Of a stretch of 16,045 nt of DNA, positions 1 through 7,771 are shown piece by piece. The notes below the pieces were generated by a model. That model was given only the letters and a program-made list of their open reading frames with translations. It searched no databases and was not told the DNA's origin. The stretch is from assembly GCA_035493675.1 (NCBI GenBank), contig DATJIA010000103.1:1-16045 (forward strand), read 5' to 3'. The position numbers and the translations under genes are program-made. How positions within the stretch are numbered: position 1 is the stretch's first letter; every line of letters starts with the position of its first letter. The stretch comes from Kofleriaceae bacterium (GTDB taxonomy: Bacteria > Myxococcota_A > Polyangia > Haliangiales > Haliangiaceae).

Positions 1-655
1 CGAGATCGTGCAGCGCGACATACGTCTTGTCGGAGTACAGGAGGAACGGCGTGCGGAAGCCGATGATCTCCTCGGCGTGCACGCCGACGCCCTTCGACGG
101 ATCGGTCAGCCACTGGATGCACGTCTGCATCTCCGCCTTCCATTGATCGACGCTGAAGTTGGTGCCGTCGGCGTGCAGGTGCGTGTGATCGGCCATCTCG
201 TTGCCGTCGGTGTACTCGCGGCGCCACGCGGCGCGCACGGCGCCTTCGTCCTCGGTCGCGCCGTCGGTCGTGATGTACGTGGTCGAGAGATAGAAGCTCG
301 CGTGCACCGGCGTGCCGTCGGACGTGCACGCGTCGTGCGCACCGGGCGGGTTGGTCTTGCCTTTGATCAGATCATCCAAGATCCAGAGGATCGCGTCGCT
401 GCGGAAGTTGTCGTCGAAGCCGAAGCTCACGAACTGCGGCACCTGTTCGCGCGCGAGCCCGGCCGGCGGCGCTTGCGAAGGCGCGACGTCGTCGTGGCCG
501 GTCCACGCCGGCGTCTCGGCGCAGCCGCCGTCGGGGACGTCGAACGGCGGCGCGTCGAGCGCGCCGGTCGCGCCGGCGTCGATCGCCGTGTGCGAGGCCG
601 GCGAGCCGGCGCAACCGAGCAAGACGCACGACACGCACGAGGTGATCGATCGCAT
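1..655 (-). CDS. Polysaccharide deacetylase (CE4/NodB-like) family lipoprotein; the 3' end (C-terminus) runs off the window
   Basis: ATG at 655-653 (complement). The translation MRSITSCVSCVLLGCAGSPASH... has a signal peptide plus a lipobox (LLGC). The motifs VSFGFDDN and GNEMADHTHLHADG resemble CE4 motif 1 (TFDDG) and motif 2 (H-S/T-x-x-H). There is strong GC3 bias in this frame and no stop codon before position 1. It is missing from the ORF track, which only shows spurious ORFs here. Confidence 0.55.
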   Translation of the reverse strand, partial: MRSITSCVSCVLLGCAGSPASHTAIDAGATGALDAPPFDVPDGGCAETPAWTGHDDVAPSQAPPAGLAREQVPQFVSFGFDDNFRSDAILWILDDLIKGKTNPPGAHDACTSDGTPVHASFYLSTTYITTDGATEDEGAVRAAWRREYTDGNEMADHTHLHADGTNFSVDQWKAEMQTCIQWLTDPSKGVGVHAEEIIGFRTPFLLYSDKTYVALHDL

Positions 656-706
656 GGCGCGAGCGTCGCGCTCGTCGCGCGCGCGCGATGGCGCGTTTCG
701 ATCGAA

Positions 707-2503
707 TCAGCGGCTGAGACCGTGCGTCGCGAGCAGCTCTTCGAGCTGCGTGGCGGTGAACGGCTTGATGATGCGCGGGCGCCCGGTGTCGGTGAGCGCG
801 CGCGAGATCTCCGCCGACAAGACGCCGCCGGTCATGAACACGAAGCGCGCGGCGAGCGCGGGGTGGCGGCGGCGCACCTCGTCGAAGAGCTCGAGGCCGG
901 TCGATCCGGCCAACATCACGTCGCAGACGATCGCGTCGAACGCGTCGTCGGAGTCGAGCATCGCGAGGGCCTCGGCGCCGGTGGTCGCGACCGCGACGTC
1001 GTGGTGCAGCTCGGTCAAGACGGCGGCGAGCGCGCGCAGGAGGTGCGGCTCGTCGTCGACGAGGAGCAAGCGGTGCGACGCCGCGGCCCGCGTCACGGCG
1101 GGCGCGGGCGCGGCGGCGGCGGTGGCGCGGCGCAGGACGACGCACACGGTGGTGCCGCGCCCGACCTCGCTCGCGATCGAGATCTCGCCGCCGAGATCGG
1201 TGACGATGCTGTGGCAGATCGACAAGCCGAGCCCGGTGCCGACGCCGACCGGCTTGGTCGTGAAGAAGGGCTCGAACACGTGCGGCAGGACGTCGGCGGG
1301 GATGCCGGCGCCGTTGTCGGAGATCTCGATCGCGACGCGATCGTCACCGCGCGCCGCGGTCGTGATCGCGATCCAATGATCGTCGGCGGTGCCCTCCGGG
1401 ATCGCGTGCGCCGCGTTCACGATCAGGTTGACGAAGACCTGCCCGAGGCGGACCTCGTCGGCCCACACCGGCGGCACGTCGCCGTAGCGCTTGACGATGC
1501 GCGCGCTGTGCCTGACGGCGCTGCCGCACAGGTTCACCGCGGCGTCGAGCACGCCGTGGACGTCGAGCGGCACGCGCGCGGCCTGCTCGGCGCGCGAGAA
1601 GATGCGCAGATCGCCGACGATGCGGCGGATGCGCTCGGCGCCGTCGAGCGCGGTGCGGAGGTGATCGGCGGCGGCGGTGGCGCGACCGTCGCGCGTGATC
1701 GCGCGCAGCGCCATCTCGACGCTCGACATCAGGTACGCGAGCGGGTTGTTGATCTCGTGCGCGACGCCGGCGGCGAGCGTGCCGAGCGACGCGAGGCGAT
1801 CGGCCTGCGCGAGGCGCGTGCGCAGCACCTCCTCGGCGGTGACGTCCCGGATGATGCCGACGCCGCCGGTGACCGTGCCGTTCTCGACGACCGGCGCGTA
1901 GAACACGCTCACCGGCGTGGCCTTGTCGGCGGTCGCGGAGCGATAGACGCCGTCGTAGCTGGCGAGCTCGCCGGCGAGCGCGCGCGTCACGCACGCGACG
2001 ATGTTCTGGTCGGGCAGGCTCAGCATGTTGAGCCCGATCAGCACGGCGCGGCTCGAGCCGATGATGCGGACGAAGTTCTGGTTGCACGCCGTGATCACGC
2101 CGTGCGCGTCGAAGTGCAGGATCCCCAGCGGCGCGTGCTCGAAGATCAGCTGATAGCTGCCGGCGCGCGGACCCGGCTCGGCGTCGTCGTGGATCGGCGT
2201 GAACGACAGCACCAGCGGGGCATCCCCACTCGCGACCGCGTCGACCTCGATCTCCACGTTGCCGCGGTGGAGCAGCGCGAGCCGCATCGGCGCGCGATCG
2301 CGCACGCGCGCCCGCGCGCGGAGCTCGTCGACGCACGCCCGTAACCGCGCGGGGATCAGCTGCACGAACGGCACGCCGATCATGCCGTCGGTCGCGCCGA
2401 GCAGATCGCGCGCGGCTTGGTTCGCGAGCACGACGGCACCGTGCTCGTCGAGCACCACGACCGGCACTCCGAGCGCCTCGACGATCTGGGCCGTCAGCTC
2501 CAT
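707..2503 (-). CDS. Cytoplasmic hybrid sensor histidine kinase (PAS-PAS-HisKA-HATPase_c-REC); stop codon included
   Basis: ATG at 2503-2501 (MELTAQIVEALG...) and stop TGA at 709-707. There are two PAS-like segments (VVLDEHGAVVLANQAARDLLG; ILHFDAHGVITACNQNFVRIIG). The H-box is LAAGVAHEINNPL, at about 1741-1764. HATPase_c motifs are present: NLIVNAAHAI, DNGAGIP, GTGLGLSICHSIV. The C-terminal receiver has LLLVDDE ... IVCDVMLAG ... IIKPF. No TM segments are evident. The six-frame ORF 707..4678 continues upstream, but only because no stop interrupts this frame in GC-rich DNA. Confidence 0.85.
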   Translation of the reverse strand: MELTAQIVEALGVPVVVLDEHGAVVLANQAARDLLGATDGMIGVPFVQLIPARLRACVDELRARARVRDRAPMRLALLHRGNVEIEVDAVASGDAPLVLSFTPIHDDAEPGPRAGSYQLIFEHAPLGILHFDAHGVITACNQNFVRIIGSSRAVLIGLNMLSLPDQNIVACVTRALAGELASYDGVYRSATADKATPVSVFYAPVVENGTVTGGVGIIRDVTAEEVLRTRLAQADRLASLGTLAAGVAHEINNPLAYLMSSVEMALRAITRDGRATAAADHLRTALDGAERIRRIVGDLRIFSRAEQAARVPLDVHGVLDAAVNLCGSAVRHSARIVKRYGDVPPVWADEVRLGQVFVNLIVNAAHAIPEGTADDHWIAITTAARGDDRVAIEISDNGAGIPADVLPHVFEPFFTTKPVGVGTGLGLSICHSIVTDLGGEISIASEVGRGTTVCVVLRRATAAAAPAPAVTRAAASHRLLLVDDEPHLLRALAAVLTELHHDVAVATTGAEALAMLDSDDAFDAIVCDVMLAGSTGLELFDEVRRRHPALAARFVFMTGGVLSAEISRALTDTGRPRIIKPFTATQLEELLATHGLSR

Positions 2504-2522
2504 CCCCACGTACGAGCATACT

Positions 2523-2541
2523 CTCACCCGGCGAGGGTGAG
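2523..2541 (-). other. Perfect GC-rich stem-loop (7-bp stem CTCACCC/GGGTGAG, 5-nt loop) filling the 38-nt gap between the giant ATPase stop and the histidine kinase start
   Basis: Plus-strand sequence ctcaccc-ggcga-gggtgag at 2523-2541, directly abutting the TGA (2544-2542, complement) of the upstream gene. No U/T tract follows it on the minus strand. Confidence 0.35.
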
Positions 2542-5500
2542 TCACGGCGTCGGCGTGAGCCGGGCGTCGAGCGTCTCGAGGAGCTCGATGATCTGGACCA
2601 TCTTGTTGTGCAGCTCGTTGTCGTCCTCGCGCTGGCCCGCGACCGCGGGAGCGAGCGACTGCTCGATGCGGCGGAGCTGCGCGAACAGCGGCGCGATCCA
2701 ATCGGTCGGCGGCGGCGCCGGAGCCTCGTCGCGCGACGGTTCGCGCGACGCGAGCTCGACCGACAGCTTGAGCATCATCTTGAGCAGCGCCTCGCGCAGC
2801 TCGCGGATCTCGGCGGCGAGCGGCGAGCCGTTGCCGAGCGGACCGAGCGCGCCGCGGATCGCGCCGAGCTCGCTGCCGAGCCCCGACAGCGTGCCGACCA
2901 CGCGCCCGACCGGATCGTCGGCGCCGCCCATCCGGCGCGTGCGCACGTACTCGGTCTTGATCTCGTTCCAGCGCGCCGCTTGGGTCGGCGTGAGCCGGCC
3001 GCGTAGCTCGGCGAGCTTGAGCAGGTTGTGCTCGGCGGCGGTCGTGAGCGTCTGCGACTCGCTCTGATAGTGATCGTCGATCACCGCCTCGAGCTCCGCC
3101 GGCGTCATCGCCGAGACGACCTTCTCGGCGATCTTGTTCATGTTGCGGTAGCTGCCTTGCAGCTTGAACGAAGGCTCGGTGCGATAGGCGTCCTGCTGCG
3201 CCGCCGAGCGGATGTACTCCGCGTTCACCTTGAGCAGCGTGTCCTGCGCCGCGAACAGGTGCTTGATCACCGCCACGATCTCGCCGAGCTCGACGGCGGA
3301 GTAGCCGTACGACAGCTCGGTCGTGGGCACCGGCTCGCCGCGCGCGATGCGGATGATCTTGTAGACGTCGGCGAGATCGCGGGTCGCGAGCGGCGCCAAG
3401 GTCGCGTTCGAGGTCAGCGCGTTCTCGAGGAAGCTGAGCGAGAACGCGTCGCCCTTGCCGGTCAGCACGTCGCCGAGGTTGTAGACGTCGGCGCGGTTCG
3501 CGAGCATGTCGGGGATGCGGAACGTCTCGCCGCTCTCGGTGTACGGGTTGCCCGCCATCACGACGCACACCTTCTTGCCGCGCAGATCGTACGTGCGCGT
3601 CACGCCGCGCCACACGCCCTCGATCTTGCGCTGCGCGTCGCACAGCGAGATGAACTTCTGCAGCAGCTCGGGCGACGTGTGCTGGATGTCGTCGAGGTAG
3701 AGCATCACGTTGGTGCCCATCTCGAGCGCGAGGCCGACCTTCTCGATCTCCTGGCGCGCGGTCGCGTTGGGCGCCTGCGCGGGATCGAGCGACGTGACGC
3801 CGGTGCCGAGCGCGGGGCCGTTGACCTTGACGAACGCGAGGCCGAGGCGCGCGGCGACGTACTCCATCAAGGTCGTCTTGCCGTAGCCCGGCGGCGACAC
3901 GAGGAGCAGCATGCCCATCTGATCGGTGCGCTTGCTCGCGCCGGCGGCGCCGAGCTGCTTCGCGAGGTTCGCGCCGACCAGCGGCAGGTAGACCTGATCG
4001 ATGAGCCGGTTGCGCACGAACGACGACATCACGCGCGGCTTGAGCTCGTCGACGCGCAGCCGCTTCTTCTCGCGGCTCGCGATCTCGCTGCGCACGGTGC
4101 GCTGCGCGCGGAACGCGGGGACGTCGATCGTCCGGAAGCGATCGAGGCGCGCGAGCAGCTCGTCGAGGCGCAGGCGCAGCGCGCCGGCCTCGATGCGCGG
4201 GTGGCGGCCGAGCAAGCCCTCGACGTTCGCCTCGACGACGGCCGACGACGTCAGGCGCGCGAGCTTCGGCGTCGCGAGGATCGCGGCCGCTTCGATCGCG
4301 GCCGACGCGAGCTCGGGCTTCTTCGCGGCGATGCCGTCGATCCACGCGCGCGCGAGCGCGAGCGACGCGGCCGGGGCGCCGGCGAGGACCTGCAGATCCT
4401 CGTCGAACGCAGCCTGCGCGCCGCCGCGCATCGACAGCTCGGTGCGCAGCGCGTCGACGAGCGCCGACGCGGCGCCGCTGGTGACGAAGCGCGGCACGGC
4501 GACCGCGAGCTCTTGCACGAGGTAGTCGGCGGCGGCGGCGGTTTCGGTGAGCGGCAGCGCTTCCTTCTCGACGAAGCGCGCGAGCGCGCGCTCGATCTCG
4601 CGGCCCAGCGCGCGACGCGCGCCGCGCTCGCCCAGCGCATCGGCGAGCCGCGCGAGCGATTGCGCGGCGCGATGCCAACGCGCGCGCTCGATCTCGTCCT
4701 TCGACTCGGCCCCTTCGGGGCCTCGCTCAGGACGAACGGGGGTTGCCCAGTAGAGCTGCGCGAGCGCGCGCGCGTCGGCGGAGAACGCGAGCAGCCCGGC
4801 GCCGTCGCGCATGGCGAGCAGGCGATCGAGGATCTTCGCGGCGTCGTGATCGTGCACGCCGCGCTCGTAGCCTTCGTCGTAGCGTTCCTGCGCGACGGCG
4901 CGCAGGAATTCTTCGAGCTTCCCGTCGCGCGCGGCGGTGCGCAGCGTCTCGATCGGCGCGTCCGCGAGCACGCTCGCCGCGAGGTACTCGCCGCGATAGA
5001 CGCCCGCCGATTCGCTCGGCAGATCCTGCGCCCAGTACGCGCGTCCGGCCTCGAGGCGCTGATCGGTGATCGGCTCGTAGAAGTCGGTGCCGGTCAGGTG
5101 GAGCGCGAGCCCGTCGTCGTGCGGGACGATCATCAGCTCGAGCGGCTGCGCGTTGACCGGGAAGCGGTGCGCGCCGAACCGGATCAGCTCGCCGTCGCCC
5201 TCGAAGAGATCCGCCTTGTCGCGCTGGCCGCGCAGCGCGTCTTGCCTCGCCGCTTTCAGGCGCGCCTCGAGCTCGTCGGCCTTGACGCCGTCGCCGAGCG
5301 ACGCGAGCTCGGCGCCGACCTCGCGGAGCTTCTGCACCATCGCGTCGGACGCGAAGTACGCGTTGACCTCGTCGGCGGTCGCGAGCTGCGCGCCGCGCCG
5401 CGCGACGCCCTCGAGGATCCGCTGCGCCGCCTTCACGAGATTCGCCGCGCGGCGCTGCCGTTCGGCGGCGAGCACTTGCTTGCGCGCGCCGACCGCGTCG

Positions 5501-7767
5501 GTGATCTCGACGCGCTTCGCGGCGAGCTCCGTGATCAGCTCGTCGACGTCGGCGAAGCGGCCCTCGAGCTCCTCGAGCTGGACGAGCAGGCGCGTGAGCT
5601 CCTGATCGCAGCGCTCGGGCGTGTCGCACTGCGCGAGCGCCGACGCGACGCTCTGCGTGAGCAGCTTGACCTGCGCGCCGAACTCGCCGCGCGCCTCCTT
5701 GCCGGCGAGCTCGCGATAGCGGCCCTCGATGGTCGCGCGCGATCGATTGACGCGACCGAACGCGTCGGTGACGTTCTCGAGGATCGCGGTCCGCTTGGTC
5801 GTGTCGTCGATCTTGAGCGCGCCGATCACGTTGCCCAGCAGATCGACGCCGCCCGCGACCTTGTCGAGGTCGTCGCGGATCTTCTTGACCTCGACGGCGG
5901 TCGGCAGCTGCGCGACCTGCGCCGCGAGCCCGTCGGCGCGCGCGACCAGCGCGCCGAACGCGTCGCCCTTGGCGAGGAACGCCACGCAATCGGTCGTCAC
6001 CCGATCGAACGCGGTCGCGACCTCCTGCTCGAGCGCCGCGAGGCGCGCCTTGTCGATGAAGCGCACCTCTTGCTTCGAGATCAGCTCGCCGCGCAGCGCG
6101 CGCAGCGACGTGAGCGCCTCCAAGAACGGATCGATCGCGTCGAAGCCTTCGCTGCGGGTGTTTCGCAGCTTCTCGGCGACCGCCGCTTCGGTCTCGGCGA
6201 GGACCTTCTTCGCCGCCGCCTCGAGCGCCTTGACCTTCTCGTACTCGTCGAGGATCTGGCGCGCCGACGTCTTCACGTCGGTGATCGCGGCCTTGAGATC
6301 GCCGGCGTCGGCGTGGCCGAGCCAGTAGTACGCGTCGGTCGCGCGCGACGCGAGCGCGAGGATGTCCTCGAACGTCGTGCGGTTCGGCGCGTCGACGGCG
6401 GCGAGCCGCGAGATCGACAACGCATCCGAGAGCCCGCGCACGAGATCGGCGTTGCCGACCTTCGCGAGGTAGCTGCCGTCGACCGGCGCGCTCGCCGCGA
6501 ACTCCGCCGACGTGAACGGCGTCTTCCACACCTGCATCGGGTGCACGCGGGTCGGCTCGCTCGACGTGCCGCGCATGACGACCATGCGCCCGTCGTTGAA
6601 CAGCGAATAGCCGTTGCACGCGATCGGCGCCGCGACGTCCTTCGCGATCACGTTGTACGGATAGAGCAGGTACGTGCCGTCGTGCCCGCGGAAGTAGACG
6701 TACAAGACGTCTTCGCCGTTCGGCGATCGGACCTCGCGCTCGAGCACGTAGTCGCGGGAATCGCCGTCGAACAGCTTCGACGCGCCGCCGACCAGCATGA
6801 AGCCGCCGGGGAAGATCACGCCGTGATCTTCAGGGAGCGACCTGCACCCGAGCCCGATCCCGTCGGCGCGGATCACGCGGTGCGAGCGCGTGTCGAACAC
6901 GAGGTAGCGCCACGCGGTCTCGCGGAACGGGAGGATCTTGAACAGGATCAGGCCGCCGGGCTTGCCGATCGGCGCGTAGAAGATGCGCGCGTCGTCGAGC
7001 GTCTGGTTGACGTCGTCGACCGGCTCGCTGTAGATGCCCTCGCCGGTCTCGGTGTTGTTCTCGACCTTGATCGTGAGATCGCCGTGCACGCACTCGACGA
7101 ACACGGTGTCGAGCACGTTGTAGTGCGGGTGCTTGCCCGAGACCTGGTTGTCGCGCGTGACCTCGATCCACTCGAAGTCGTACGGCTTGGGGAACAGCTC
7201 GGCGTGATCGCGATCGCCGCGATCGTCGACGTAGACCGGCGTGCCGTCGGGCTCGATCCGCCAGCGCAGCACCTTGTTGTCGCGCCAGCTCGCGCCGGCC
7301 TGGAAGACCGCGAGCAGCTGCGTCTCGCGACGCGTGAGCTGGATCAGGCGCGCGTCGCGGTAGTAGCGATAGAGGTTCGCGAAGTCGCGCGCGAGCTCGC
7401 CGCCGGTGAGGAAGCCGCCGAGCGTGTCCTGCGGCAGCGGCGAGGTGTCGTAGCCGTCGCCCGCCACCGCGTCGAAGCGGTGGAGCGCGAGCACGTCGCC
7501 GATCTTCGTCTCCGACTTGAGGCCGAGGAAGACGTTGTAGCCGAGGAGGACGTGGGTCCCGACCGGCACGAGGTCGACCGGGACGCAGTTGTTCTCGGTC
7601 CGGACGCGCTCGGTCGCGATCAGCTGCGGCTCGGTCGCGCCGAACAGCGTCCGCCTGCGCGCGTTGAGCGCGTCGGCGCGCTTCGCGAGCTCCGCGCCCG
7701 CGGCGGCGAGCCGCGCGCGCAGGACCTCGTAGTTGCCGCCCGCGAGGGCGGCGTCGACGTCGGCCAT
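2542..7767 (-). CDS. Giant (1741 aa) MoxR-like AAA+ ATPase with extended coiled-coil regions; uncharacterized, co-operonic with flotillin
   Basis: ATG at 7767-7765 (MADVDAALAGG...) and stop at 2544-2542. Walker A is LLLVSPPGYGKTTLMEY (about 3871-3897, complement). Walker B is VMLYLDDIQ (about 3682-3708). The MoxR/AAA_5-like sensor segment is VVMAGNPYTESGETFRIPDMLANRADVY (about 3526-3555), which can be compared with the MoxR motif ATQNP..EGTYPLPEAQLDRF. The N-terminal roughly 450 aa are beta-rich (YLLYPYNVIAKD...). The middle roughly 600 aa are A/E/L/R/K-rich with heptad-like coiled-coil character. An SD-like AAGGTGA lies about 9 nt upstream of the ATG, inside the flotillin gene's 3' end. Confidence 0.8.
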   Translation of the reverse strand: MADVDAALAGGNYEVLRARLAAAGAELAKRADALNARRRTLFGATEPQLIATERVRTENNCVPVDLVPVGTHVLLGYNVFLGLKSETKIGDVLALHRFDAVAGDGYDTSPLPQDTLGGFLTGGELARDFANLYRYYRDARLIQLTRRETQLLAVFQAGASWRDNKVLRWRIEPDGTPVYVDDRGDRDHAELFPKPYDFEWIEVTRDNQVSGKHPHYNVLDTVFVECVHGDLTIKVENNTETGEGIYSEPVDDVNQTLDDARIFYAPIGKPGGLILFKILPFRETAWRYLVFDTRSHRVIRADGIGLGCRSLPEDHGVIFPGGFMLVGGASKLFDGDSRDYVLEREVRSPNGEDVLYVYFRGHDGTYLLYPYNVIAKDVAAPIACNGYSLFNDGRMVVMRGTSSEPTRVHPMQVWKTPFTSAEFAASAPVDGSYLAKVGNADLVRGLSDALSISRLAAVDAPNRTTFEDILALASRATDAYYWLGHADAGDLKAAITDVKTSARQILDEYEKVKALEAAAKKVLAETEAAVAEKLRNTRSEGFDAIDPFLEALTSLRALRGELISKQEVRFIDKARLAALEQEVATAFDRVTTDCVAFLAKGDAFGALVARADGLAAQVAQLPTAVEVKKIRDDLDKVAGGVDLLGNVIGALKIDDTTKRTAILENVTDAFGRVNRSRATIEGRYRELAGKEARGEFGAQVKLLTQSVASALAQCDTPERCDQELTRLLVQLEELEGRFADVDELITELAAKRVEITDAVGARKQVLAAERQRRAANLVKAAQRILEGVARRGAQLATADEVNAYFASDAMVQKLREVGAELASLGDGVKADELEARLKAARQDALRGQRDKADLFEGDGELIRFGAHRFPVNAQPLELMIVPHDDGLALHLTGTDFYEPITDQRLEAGRAYWAQDLPSESAGVYRGEYLAASVLADAPIETLRTAARDGKLEEFLRAVAQERYDEGYERGVHDHDAAKILDRLLAMRDGAGLLAFSADARALAQLYWATPVRPERGPEGAESKDEIERARWHRAAQSLARLADALGERGARRALGREIERALARFVEKEALPLTETAAAADYLVQELAVAVPRFVTSGAASALVDALRTELSMRGGAQAAFDEDLQVLAGAPAASLALARAWIDGIAAKKPELASAAIEAAAILATPKLARLTSSAVVEANVEGLLGRHPRIEAGALRLRLDELLARLDRFRTIDVPAFRAQRTVRSEIASREKKRLRVDELKPRVMSSFVRNRLIDQVYLPLVGANLAKQLGAAGASKRTDQMGMLLLVSPPGYGKTTLMEYVAARLGLAFVKVNGPALGTGVTSLDPAQAPNATARQEIEKVGLALEMGTNVMLYLDDIQHTSPELLQKFISLCDAQRKIEGVWRGVTRTYDLRGKKVCVVMAGNPYTESGETFRIPDMLANRADVYNLGDVLTGKGDAFSLSFLENALTSNATLAPLATRDLADVYKIIRIARGEPVPTTELSYGYSAVELGEIVAVIKHLFAAQDTLLKVNAEYIRSAAQQDAYRTEPSFKLQGSYRNMNKIAEKVVSAMTPAELEAVIDDHYQSESQTLTTAAEHNLLKLAELRGRLTPTQAARWNEIKTEYVRTRRMGGADDPVGRVVGTLSGLGSELGAIRGALGPLGNGSPLAAEIRELREALLKMMLKLSVELASREPSRDEAPAPPPTDWIAPLFAQLRRIEQSLAPAVAGQREDDNELHNKMVQIIELLETLDARLTPTP

Positions 7768-7771
7768 CGCG

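Noticed and set aside
660-674. Small perfect hairpin CGAGCG-tcg-CGCTCG just upstream of the CE4 lipoprotein ATG
   Set aside because: A 6-bp stem with 3-nt loop is weak, and such short GC palindromes occur by chance frequently at this GC content. It is noted but not considered a feature without further evidence.
372-1145. Short and medium minus-strand ORFs 106..342, 372..1145, 1093..1347, 1344..2519 and the many other Arg/Pro/Ala-rich ORFs in the track (e.g. 4251..4640, 4727..6619, 6830..7171, 7620..9725, 9778..10320, 10813..11109, 11302..13197, 14095..14523, 14602..15360)
   Set aside because: All are out-of-frame or antisense overlaps of the eight supported genes. Their translations are extreme R/P/A/G low-complexity strings, typical of wrong-frame reading of GC-rich coding DNA.
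8-2344. 778-aa plus-strand ORF across the start of the window
   Set aside because: Its translation is an R/A/D/G/V-rich low-complexity string with no recognizable motifs. The opposite strand encodes a clear histidine kinase and a CE4 lipoprotein with proper GC3 bias. This is a typical antisense open frame of high-GC DNA.
2504-4678. Upstream extension of the histidine-kinase reading frame (six-frame ORF 707..4678, 1323 aa)
   Set aside because: It is the same strand but a different frame from the real 2542..7767 gene, which it would overlap for more than 2 kb. The extension translates to an R/A/P-rich low-complexity sequence. The ATG at 2503 begins a canonical PAS domain 38 nt after the upstream stop.
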